A stretch of 64,000 bases of DNA, from NCBI RefSeq assembly GCF_006345805.1, contig NC_043006.1, positions 104,904,001-104,968,000 on the forward strand, given 5' to 3'. Position 1 is the stretch's first letter, and every line of letters begins with the position of its first letter. Below the pieces are notes generated by a model that saw only the letters and a list, made by a program, of their open reading frames with translations, was not told where the DNA came from and ran no database searches. Positions 52,706 through 64,000 of this stretch are shown here, piece after piece. This stretch comes from Octopus sinensis (Eukaryota). The translations under genes were made by a program, and so were the position numbers.

Positions 52706-53061
52706 GTTCTAGCAGACTCTACTGCGATTTCTTAACCCCAAGTGTTCGCCTGCTCTCGCTGGTTAACGAAGCACAGCTACATTCCATAAAATATAAATAT
52801 TGCTTGCAGAAGCAATCTGCTATCATCTCAAGCAGACGAGGAGTCCAGTCGTGAGGAGTGGCAGAAATAGCCCAAAACCAGGACTGGTCGCCTGGTCTCG
52901 TCGCTAGGAGATGGTAGGGGTTCGCTCTCCTGCACGTAATTCTAATTCTATCAGATGCAGCTGTGTATCGTTAACCAACCAGAGAAGATGTCCTCTTACA
53001 GTTAAAAATCGAAGCAGAGTCGGCTCGAGCGGTCAGCCATGTTAAAGTGGCTACGAATATT
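52700..53061 (+). ncRNA. Rod-like self-complementary element capped by a degenerate hammerhead (52845-52887)
   Basis: Three long imperfect stems with G-U pairs. Tip reads CCAGTC-gTGAGGA-GtGGC..GCCC-aAAAC-cag-GACTGG. Flanked by (TA)n. Confidence 0.6.
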
Positions 53062-53178
53062 AATTGTCAGTACAACTTCACCGTTGATCTCTTAGAGAGA
53101 GTTTAGAAAAGCATTTTTGCTTATATATATATGCATATATATATATATATAATATATATATAATATTATATTATATAT

Positions 53179-53945
53179 TACAGGATGTCGCAAAAAACAT
53201 GTATACGCACTCTAGATGATTGTAAAGTAGGTGTTTATTACAATATATTTCGTTTTCAAAATTTAATAGAATCTACAGACATTATTTTATTGTTTTGTCA
53301 ACAACTATTTTCAAACTGAGGTCTGTTCTGGTCCAGGTACTGCTGACAACGCGAAGCAACGGAATCGCAAACATCGCGAAACAATTCGTTTGGTATTTGT
53401 GTGCATTCTCTTCAATGGCTCTTCTCAAATCAGCGACCGTCGTAGGTTGCATAACGTAGACTTTGTCTTTTAGGTGTCCTCAAAAAAAGTCTAGTGGTGC
53501 GAGGTCTGGTGAACGCGGATGGTATTCGACGAAACCCTTTCGTCTAATCCACCTGTTTAACAAGATCTCATCAAGGAAGGATCTAACATCGCGATGGTGG
53601 GGGGGGGGGTGAAGTCCCATCTTGCTGAAAAAAAAACTTCTCATCTTCATAGTCTTCTGTGATGCTTGGCATGACAGATTGTTGCAGCAAGTTCAAGTAA
53701 ATGGGACCAGTCACAGTAGTTTCAAAAAAGAATGGGTCCAATCCACTTGATGATAAGCCACATCACATTGTAACCCCTGGTAAATTAACATGGTTCCACC
53801 ATAGCATGCAGATTCTCAGATCCCCAGCAGATGTAATTGTGGCTGTTAATTGAATCATTTTCTTTGAATGTGGCCTCATCATTCCACACAATCTTCGTTG
53901 GAAAGTGTGTATATTCTACACATCGTGCCAAGTACTACTCGCAAT
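53179..53945 (-). mobile_element. Tc1/mariner-superfamily relic (approx. DD41D, rosa-like) with one TIR
   Basis: [16 protein letters not shown]; [11 protein letters not shown]; FFFQQDG..RWI.RKGFVEYHPRSPDLAPLDFF; KDKVY. Terminus TA-caggatgtcgcaaaa. Confidence 0.88.
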
Positions 53946-54624
53946 ACTGCACTCAAATTCCGCTGAGGCCCACTTTGTCTTTCATTCTGCTGGGTTTGAT
54001 AAAAAAAAGTGCCAATCGACCTTGAGGTCGATGTAATCGATTTACTCGCCTCCCCGGAAATTGCGAAAATTTTGCAATAAATATTTTTAATACTTAATTC
54101 TCTCTGTATAAGACAAAACCATCTTTAGAAGAAACTTAAAAACATTTTTGAAGTAGAAATACAGAAAAGCTTGTGAATTGAGCAAATGTATTGAGACTTG
54201 TGTAATTTTCTACGCTTTAAACTGAAATTATAAAAGGGATATAAGAAACACTTTTCTTTTTTGCCACCTATAGAGAAACTGGTGTTGAAAGAGACATGTC
54301 GAATGAGTTTAATCTAGGTTCTATTATAATTGCATAATAATTCATTTGAACAAAATATTCCGCTTTATGAACAGAAACCCTGATGAGGAAATACATATTA
54401 ATGTGTGAATATGAGATGAAGCGAAACAGAAATTCGCCGTCGACTCGGAATTTACAATAAGATTGAAACACGTGCGCCTAAAAGAATAATAAGAACAAAC
54501 TGCAGCTATTTCATGAAATTATTGACATCAGTTTCGAGTAAAGTAAATATTGTCAATGATGACTGGAATATATATAACCTCACATATCCAACATTTATTG
54601 AAGTATTACATTTTATCTATGCAT

Positions 54625-54679
<55 letters not shown>

Positions 54680-55272
54680 AAATCAAATGCGATAAAATAA
54701 AAATAATTATAATCGCTGGTATTACTAACACAAGCCATATATTTTTCATATATCAGTACATTAAGGCGAAATATGTGCTAGGAATACAGAAGCTGCTTGA
54801 TAAATTAAGTGAAATGAAGATAAAAACATTTACAAACCGGTATAATATATATATATAGATATATATATATAGATATAGATATTATATATATAATAAATAT
54901 ATATATAATAGAAGATAGAAGATGATAGATAGAGAGATCGATAATAGATAGAGATAATAGAAGATAGATAGATGATAGATAGATAGGTAGAATAATATAG
55001 AAGATGGATCTATAGAAACCGATATATATATATATAATATATATCTATATATATATATATATAGATATATAGATATATATATATAATAGATAGATCGAGG
55101 ACAGAGAGACAGATATATATATATAGAGAGAGAGATATAGATAGATAGAATATAGATATGCATATACATATACATCGAATACGAAACGAACAATGAAAAA
55201 TAGGCAGAAATGCAAACATTGAAAGATTCAGCTGGATTATACTGCATTCCTTCCTAGCAGAAAGGACGTCAC

Positions 55273-55383
55273 CATCTTTTGAATTTTTGAATTTCTTCCG
55301 TTGTAGCAGTTCTTGTTGTTGCTGTTGCTGTTCCTACTGCTGCTGCAATTGTGTGTGGGCGTATATCATTTTTCATTTTTAAC
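55273..55383 (-). other. Candidate 111-nt exon, open in phase 2-2
   Basis: ttgac..gtttcttttcctccag| acceptor; atg|gtgacg donor; LKMKNDIRPHTIAAAVGTATATTRTATTEEIQKFKR. Confidence 0.35.
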
Positions 55384-55713
55384 CTGGAGGAAAAGAAACG
55401 AACTGTCAACATTTATTTATTGTTCGGTTCAATAAATAAAGTCAATCTGGATTTCATTACTTAACGCATCGCGCTCATCTTCTTGTGTATTTACTTTGGT
55501 TAAGATTTACGTCAACAAAAGGGTATCAGCGGGATAGGATTTCGGAGACAAGCAAAAAGGGGCATTGTTAATTTATGAAATATTACTTTTCTTTAAATTC
55601 CCGCAGTGTTTAATAATGTCTTTCTAATCTTTCTAATATTTCAATTTAAAAATGCTAAACCATTTTTAAGAGACTTCAGCGAAAAAATGGAAGTGAAATT
55701 CATTTGTTTAGGG

Positions 55714-55963
55714 CAGTGGTTCTCAAACATTTTTCGTCTATGGACACCTTGGATTCATATCTTACTCTGCTGGACCGCCATAGCTATTCGAAGTATAAGG
55801 AACAAAATTCCTACTGTATTTTTATAGTAAAATATTATTAGGAACTGTATAAAATTATATATCCTATATTGTAGAACTATAAATAATTTCTTGGACATAA
55901 ATATTAAAATCAAAATTTCATATGGACTCCAAGGGCCATATGAAACCCGACTGAGAACCACGA
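55714..55963. mobile_element. hAT (Charlie-type) MITE
   Basis: cagtggttctca..tgagaaccacga termini; 8-bp TSD gtttaggg/atttaggg. Confidence 0.85.
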
Positions 55964-56164
55964 ATTTAGGGGTTTCTTCTTAAAGTGTCGATACCATCAA
56001 AAAATTACCAAAAACTCCAGATAAAAATACACATGGCTGAAAATGTTAAATAGATCTCACGCTAATTGCGAATTCAAGGGTACTGGAGATAGGTCTTTTT
56101 CACCCTGGCTCCCTTAATATAATTATACACATATGTATATTATTATTAATTTTATGTATATAAG

Positions 56165-56229
<65 letters not shown>

Positions 56230-58267
56230 TGTGGTGTGCATGTGTATGTGCGTGAATGCGTGGGTGCGTGCGCACACGGTTGTGCATCTATTATTCTTTT
56301 ACTTGTTTCAGGCATTTGACTACACCATGTTTATATATATATATTATTTGCAAACATCTTGCAGATACAGTTGGTACGAGATGAATGATCTGGAAAGTGA
56401 GACTGGAGTAAAATATACGAAACTCAGTATACCCATCGGACCACCCGTCTGATAAAGGTAAACCAGGCACGGATAATGAATTAGAAAATAGCGTACACTT
56501 TAGTAGCTACTCCAGGTAGAATAAAAACTTTACTCAGATATATATTTATTAGCAGTGTGTCTCTGATCAATGCTGGATCTGAGAGAAGATGAATAAGTGA
56601 GCCACGTTACTTCCCTAAAACCACTTGAAATGTAACTCAGGCAAAATCTAGTTCAATGAACTGTGTGATATGTTGTAAACTGGTAAGTGTGGAAATAGAA
56701 CAGTTGACGATTCGTCTTCCAAGCTATTCCACAAGACAACATTACAATTGATTACAGAGCTAAAGGAAATTAGCACTATGTTGCAAGTAAAAAAAAAAAG
56801 AAAGAATTTTCAGAAATTGAAACTATGGATTAAGTGTGAAATATTAAATAGTATTTAATGAGCAAGCCACGAACGAATAGTTTTAGAATTATTAATCTTT
56901 ACGTAATGGAACTGCCTTCTTAATTAGAAAAGGTAGGAAAATTCTATAATTTGAATTGCTTCAGAGAAAATAATTTGAATTAAGAAATAAAAATAAAATA
57001 ATTTAACGGAATGAAACACTCAAACAAACATCAAAGTTAATTCAAAAGATAAATGATATTTCTGATTGCTTGTTGTTAGAGAATAATTAATTGGTGATCC
57101 TCCTTCGTGCAACTTCCAACTCTTTTTACAATCAATTCATGCTATATTCTATTTTTCATCTTATATCAAAAAAAAAAAGAAAGAAACGAGAAATAAAGAA
57201 AGAAAATAGATGACAATTGTTTTTATTCAATAAACGATGTTTCACATCACCTTCCTTCTACGTGGCTTAGAAAAACAGGCAATTAGATACATGAATTTTT
57301 AATTAAAATGAAATAAATATTCCACTTTATATATATATGCATACATACACTCACATGTGTGTATCTACCTATCTATACATATCTATATACATATATACAT
57401 ACATACATGCATACATACATATATACATACATACATACATGCATACATACATACATGCATGTGTGGTGTGTGTGTGTGTATGTCTGTTGCTTCAAGTGAT
57501 GGGATTCAAAGCATCGTCATTAAGTAGGTTCTTTAAATGTAAAATGTCTACCGAAAAAATATTCGGAAAACGAAAATCAATGAAACACACGCTTCAATCT
57601 TTATTAAAACTATACACTTATTTCTCATAATATGGAACTTACAATACGAGAGTATATTTCTGTTATTAATATATATATAATATATATATATATAGTAAGG
57701 CTGTGGTATGATATCCTGGCAGATATCGAATTGCTCTATGTGAAATGCCAAAGCTGGTTCTGTCACATGGTGCACTTTATGGTAAATTTGAACTTTCAAT
57801 TCTTCATTCCCCTTATTATCAATATATATATACGCATGCTTTTATATATATTTTTTTCTTTTCATTCAACAATTCAAAAATAAATGACTGATCTGCAAAT
57901 AATACATTTCTATCAAATAAAAATATTAAAGCATAAACTTGTAAGTAAGAATGAGATTGATATACACTCATGTATGATTTCAACAATTTTTGTACACATA
58001 CCGATAGTCTCTACATTTGCAATGCTAGAGTATTCTGTTAAACGGCTTAGTATGTTGCAATGCTTAAAGAAAGCTAAATACTGTTCTGAATATGTATATA
58101 TTATATATAATAATCTAATAAAAATGAGGTGAACGGAGATTTATATATCCAGGTTTCCTTGTACAGTTAATCACATATTTCCACGTCAACAACCTACACG
58201 CGTTTCCGTTCCGTTAATTATTGGTGCTGCTAAAATCAAGGTAAAATTTAACTACTTTTCAAATATC

Positions 58268-58305
<38 letters not shown>

Positions 58306-58340
58306 ATGTAGTATATTATATAAATATATATTATATATAT

Positions 58341-58397
<57 letters not shown>

Positions 58398-58398
<1 letters not shown>

Positions 58399-58748
58399 GG
58401 CGCAGGAGCGGCTGTGTGGTAAGTAGCTTGCTAACCAACCACATGGTTCCGGGTTCAGTCCCACTGCATGGCATCTTGGGCAAGTGTATTCTGCTATAGC
58501 CCCGGGCCGACCAATGTCTTGTGAGTGGATTTGGTAGAAGTGTGTGTATGTGTCTGTCCCTCTACCATTGCTTGACAATGCTGGTGTGTTCACGTCTCCG
58601 TCACTTTGCGGTTCGGCAAAAAGAGACCGATAGAATAAGTACTGGGCTTACAAAGAATAAGTCTAGGGGTCGATTTGCTCGACTAAAGGCGGTGCTCCAG
58701 CATGACCGCAGTCAAATGACTGAAACTAGTGAAAAAGTAAAGAGAGAG
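58398..58748 (+). mobile_element. SINE family A
   Basis: Near-consensus with a small internal deletion. Confidence 0.88.
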
Positions 58749-58855
58749 TATACATACATATAAATGTATGTAAGTATATATAGAATATAAGGATAAAAAT
58801 CACGTTCAAGATTTTTATCAGGCAGTCAGCATGCTATAAAAATTTATATGCAATT

Positions 58856-59110
58856 TATACATTAAATTAATAATAATATATACATGTATATAATTATATT
58901 CAAGGAGCAAGGGCGAAAACGACCTATTTTCGGCATGCATAAAGTGCTGATAACTTCAAAAAATTCCCAAAAACGCCAAATAAATATACACATGGCTGGA
59001 ACGGGCGAGTGAAAGAATATTAAAAAGACCTGACGTTAATTGGGAGTTGAAACCCTTGCTCCCTTAATATAATTATACACATATGTATATTATTATTAAT
59101 TTAATGTTTA
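58856..59110. repeat. Element with ~58-bp inverted arms; related fragments at ~56000-56160 and 61745-61848
   Basis: acattaaattaataataatatatacatgtatataattatattcaaggagcaaggg / cccttgctcccttaatataattatacacatatgtatattattattaatttaatgt. Confidence 0.7.
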
Positions 59111-59261
59111 TATGTATGTATATATATACGTATATATGTGCGTGTATATGTGTGTGTATGTGTGTGTGTACGTGGGTGCCTGCGCACGTGCGGATGTGTA
59201 TATTTTATTTTTTTACTTGTTTCAGTCATTTGACTGCAATACGTTTATATATATATATATG

Positions 59262-59346
<85 letters not shown>

Positions 59347-59376
59347 GTATATATATATGTGTGCATATATATATAT

Positions 59377-59407
<31 letters not shown>

Positions 59408-60619
59408 TATATTTATATATATATATATATATTATTTGCAAACATCTTGCAGATACAGTTGGTGCGAGATGAAAGCTCTGCACGCTGAGCACTAACCGGC
59501 TTAGATATCACCAGGAGACAATGCACACCCATTTGAGGTCTTCTTCTGAACGGTCTTATTGCACACCGGCTTCCCTGACGGAGATAAGGCCCCGCTTGCT
59601 CATCTAGTTACTAGACTTGACATATATAAAGTACCATCATTCAGGAATCATTTCTGCACCCATCTACTACCCTCAAAAAATATGTGCATAAATTACTTTG
59701 ATAATTTTTATCTTAGTACAATTAAGAGTTCTAAAGTTATTGAAAGAAAATTATAAAGGGTAATCTAAAATTGTTTGTGCATTGCTTTATTTCTACTAAT
59801 ATCTTCACTTAGAGGAAAATAATGTGAATTTGTTGGGAAGATTTATTGGTGAACCTGCACCATTATATGCCTGAAGGAAATTCTCAAAATGTACTTGTTT
59901 CCTTATTTATAAGTATGTAAGTTTGATACTTCGTGTCGGTGTTCAATGACAAGCCCTATTTAAACTACACAATATACATGAAATCAAACACCAACGTCAC
60001 CGATTTCGCAGTCAGGATTTCCTGTTCTCTTAATATCGGCGAACAATATCGCTTTATTGCACGCCCATTCAGCTCTGTCGACTGAGACTTTCAGAGTTGA
60101 GCGTCTTGGGCGAGAAGCTACATAAATATTCTTTTGAATATTGCCACAGGGCCAGCAATTTTCGAAGGCGGAGAAAGCTGCTCACATCAACACAACTACT
60201 TGAAAAGTGCTTTATTTTATCGCCCCCCAAAAGATGAAATACCAAGTAGACCTCGGGAAGATTTGTCACCGAAGTTAAGGAGCCGGAGTAAACGTTTCTT
60301 AGCAATTTCTCCGACGCGCTAACAAGTCTTCCAGCACACTGCTTTAGAATCTAATGTAAATGAGAACTTCACCGATGGCGAGACTCATTGTTCCATCTCA
60401 TTTATTTTACATTAGAAGGAAAAAAGGAAGTCTTAATATTTTAGTAATATAAATTAATTGGGGTTAAATGTCCTGAACTCGGCAAATTGATTAAAATAAT
60501 CATGATTTTATGCATAAGCACAGCAGATCAGTTATGCATTTATTGCTTTCTGACAAACTAACAACTTAACATGATGTAGTATGAGTTAGTTATTTAGTAA
60601 AAATTATATTTTGGCACTT

Positions 60620-61013
60620 GTATCACTAAATTTGTTCTCAGCTCTCTAGACAAGATACTTCTGTGTAGTGTACAGCACAAGTAGAAGAAAAAAAATACTT
60701 GTTCTCATTCTAACATCTAACTGCTTGCTGAGTTAAGATCATGGGAATTACGGAAGTCCAGCAATAAAAGTCAAGGATATCCATTTCAAAATAAGGTTAT
60801 ACATTCAATGGCCTCCAATTCTAATTGAACTCCTGTCATTCCCATACAGATATAACTGACTAATTCACCTGTACACCTCCATTTGTCACTTATACTGTGT
60901 CTATCCATCTTGACTTCGCACTCAGCTTTAACCACTGCGCCCAGCTCGCTCTCATCGCTACGTTGGTCGCGTAGAGTTTTGTACTTCTTCGAAGCCATTG
61001 AATTATATGACTC
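60620..61013 (-). mobile_element. Possible decayed RTE endonuclease N-terminus
   Basis: KTLRD..ELGAVVKAECEVKMDRHSISDKWRCTGEL resembles the NVRTL..E..R.K.D..GISE.RW.G.G motif. Confidence 0.4.
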
Positions 61014-61032
61014 TATTGTCTATATTGAGCTA

Positions 61033-61268
61033 AGGGCGGCGAGCTGGCAGAATCGTTAGCACGCTGGGCGAAACGCTTAGTGGTATTTCGCCTGCCGTTA
61101 CGTTGTGAGTTCAAATTCCGCCGAGGTCAACTTTGCCTTTCATCCTTTTGGGGTCGATTAAATAAGTACCAGTTAAGCACGGGGGTCGATATAATCGACT
61201 TAATCCGTTTTTCTGTCCTTGTTTGTCCCTTCTTTTTTTAGCAAACTTGTGGGTAGTAAAGAAATATG
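61033..61268 (+). mobile_element. SINE family B, full length with TSD
   Basis: TSD tattgtctatat at 61014-61025 and 61269-61280. Confidence 0.9.
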
Positions 61269-62763
61269 TATTGTCTATATCGAACTGGCTCGTGTCGGCG
61301 CATCAGCGTTGTCCGTGGACGCAAGTTCCTTCCTCACTAACATGTTCCTCATTCATAAAAATAAAATGCTATTCTTCTATCAAATAAACTGATTTCTTCT
61401 GATACAGACAACTTTTGTACGTGAAGTATGCAGATAGTTGTATCCAGTCTGAACGCATCTCGATATATGACGCTTATTTATTCCATTGAATGCTTCGAGT
61501 CGACTGAAAGACTGGAAAATAAAATCATCGTCAATAGGATTCCAATTTATAACATTGACTTCGTTGTTATTTACGTGAAGGAAAAATACGATCTAACAAC
61601 ATGATTATGTAATAGAATTAAATCACTGAAATTAATTGCGCAGAGACGCCGTCATTATGAGAAACAATGATAATGTTAAAATATTTAATGTAGAGAAAAA
61701 ATTCAGTAAAGTTTAGGATTAAAGTATCACAGTATAGGATTAAAGATATCGCCACGTTAAGCATGCTGGAGATAGGTGGTTTTCGCCATTTCCCCTTTAA
61801 TATAATTACATACATGTGTATATTATTATTAATTTAATGTATAAATTTAAGTTTAGGATTAAAGCATCACAGTATAGGATTAAAACGAAAGAAATACACC
61901 CGAAGTTGTCTCCCTAATTTACTGAAATGAATAAAATAATATAAATCTTTGCAATACTGTATTTTCTTCAACTCGTGTAACGATTAAAAAATATGCTATC
62001 TGTAACTGTACAATCATATATTTTGGATGATGTACTTTAGTCGAAATACATATTTAACAGAAATTATAGGAGCGTTAAATTCTTTGAAGCAATTCGTCCG
62101 ATATTTTAGGTTTCGGGTCGTTTAGACTTAAGATCACGCTCCTACCCACATAGACTATATCTTCCATTTTAGGGTCGATGAAATAAGATCCAAATACTGT
62201 AGGTAATGTATGGTAGCGTTTCAAAATACGTGACCTTAATGGTAAAAGCTCATGTTATCTTCGTTGCTGGACGTATTTCAAAATTTCGGTATTTGAAATA
62301 TCGCTAAAATATCGTTTTGTCGATCAATGATATCGAATCGTTTAAAACATTTTCCCTGATATGATCGTAACAAATCGACCATTCTTTAACTATTGCTTTC
62401 CTACTTTAGTGTAGTTGTACATAGTACAGTCAATAATTCATTCATAGATTTCTTGAAGACAAAATTCATATAAGATTTCAATGTATTTATAATACATGTA
62501 TTATTTTACTCATGAATAACTATGTGAGATCGATAAAAAATTTCATAGTATAAAATATGGATTTCTCACCACGCATGGATATAGCGAGATAAGTCCCCTG
62601 TCATATCGCACACAAATACACACACAAGCACGTATGTATGTATGTATGTATGTATGTATGTATGTATGTATGTATGTATGTATGTACGTATGTATGTATG
62701 TATGTATGTATGTATATATGTATGTATGTATGTACACACATATATATATAATACGTGTATGCA

Positions 62764-62920
62764 TAGGTGTGGCTGTGTGGGAAGAAGCTTGCTTCCCAAT
62801 CACATGGTTCTGGGTTCAGTCCCACTACGTGGTACCTTGGACAAGTGTCTTCTACTATCACCTCAGGCCAACCAAAGCTTTGTGGGTTGATTTGGTAGAC
62901 GAAAACTGAAAGAAGCCCTA
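62764..62920 (+). mobile_element. SINE family A head
   Basis: Consensus match. Confidence 0.8.
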
Positions 62921-62950
62921 ATATATGTGTTTCTCTCCCTCTTTCTCTTC

Positions 62951-63054
<104 letters not shown>

Positions 63055-64000
63055 CTGATGAGTTGTCCACACTATTCTAGCTTTCGGGGATGCGAAACCA
63101 TTGGCAAGTCTATGACCATAGTTTAACTTATTCTTTTAATACTTGTGGATCATTTGAAGAATGATTTGCTTTCGAGTCTTTGATATAAAGCTTCGTCCTT
63201 AGACGGGTTATGTGGACGCCTATTTGAAGCGGTTTTATGCAACGCATGTATATCTCTTTTTCTATGTAATACTGAATGTGTTTCTCCAATTTATTTTCAC
63301 TGTAAATCTTCCCTCAATTACACGGCAGGTAGCGAAATCCTTTCCCTGCTTCAAGAGATGGTGTTTCCTTTCAACGCCTTCTTTAATTAATGTTCGATTC
63401 GTTAAGCTTTAAAACTTGAATACCCAGCTCAAGTATTCCTACCTGTTTTATGTTAAAACTGGCAAAAACCGGCCTCTCACACCTACCCTGCAATGTCATT
63501 TTGGAAATAAGCAACAACATAATCGAAATCTCGGTGCTACGAGATAAAGCATGATCAATTAAAAGCAATGCGAATAAATTGACATTACAATTAACAGAGC
63601 AATCCGAATGCCGAAAGGTTAAACTATGTGCATGTAGCGTTTAATGAGTTATCTTCATAATCCTGCATAGAAAGGTTCGATCTATGATTGAAGATTATTA
63701 CAATTACTTTTCACGTAAGACCGTATTTGGATAGCATATTTAACACCGTTTTCCTCGGACGTTATTAACAAATTTGATAAAACAAATTGATGACGTCAAG
63801 AGCTAAGAGTGTTCATATTGGAAATGGATGAAATGAGATCCAAACAAATGTTATGGATTGATATCTGTTCGAAAAATGATGTTGTTTGAGGGAAATATTT
63901 ACAAATGTGGGATGATAAATTAATCTACTTAATAATCGATTTTGCGTTTATTATATTCGGTGATTTATAATATACTGCTCAATTATACGTTTACGAAAAT

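Noticed and set aside
54378-54447. CTGATGAG..CGAAAC..GTC hammerhead-like string
   Set aside because: Helices I and II do not pair.
60350-60417. pre-miRNA-like hairpin
   Set aside because: Only ~11-16 paired bases with a large irregular loop, and no recognisable miRNA seed.
60786-60998. ORF with good Kozak context and an internal donor as a first coding exon
   Set aside because: Better explained as a decayed RTE endonuclease; the frame continues upstream through a stop and a SINE insertion.

Overview
Eukaryotic, very AT-rich and microsatellite-dense animal DNA. The SINE families suggest an octopus (coleoid cephalopod) intron or intergenic region; this is an inference. No intact protein-coding gene is supportable, and nearly all listed ORFs are microsatellite or repeat artefacts. 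The window holds dozens of tRNA-derived SINE copies (at least 5 families), decayed RTE and Tx1/L1 LINEs, several Tc1/mariner and pogo relics (one full-length irritans-type mariner with perfect 37-bp TIRs), two MITEs and a few candidate spliced exons. The main unexpected signal is about a dozen type I hammerhead-ribozyme (HHR) motifs of several architectures, mostly in small non-coding elements inserted in (TA)n tracts. These include a young 600-bp unit whose terminal repeat ends within 2 nt of the predicted self-cleavage site, a 470-bp unit with an intact HHR core, and a ~360-nt rod-like fold capped by a degenerate HHR. Together they point to a diverse set of Penelope-like-element (PLE)-mobilised, retrozyme-like RNAs. 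All folds were paired by eye and none is experimentally verified.
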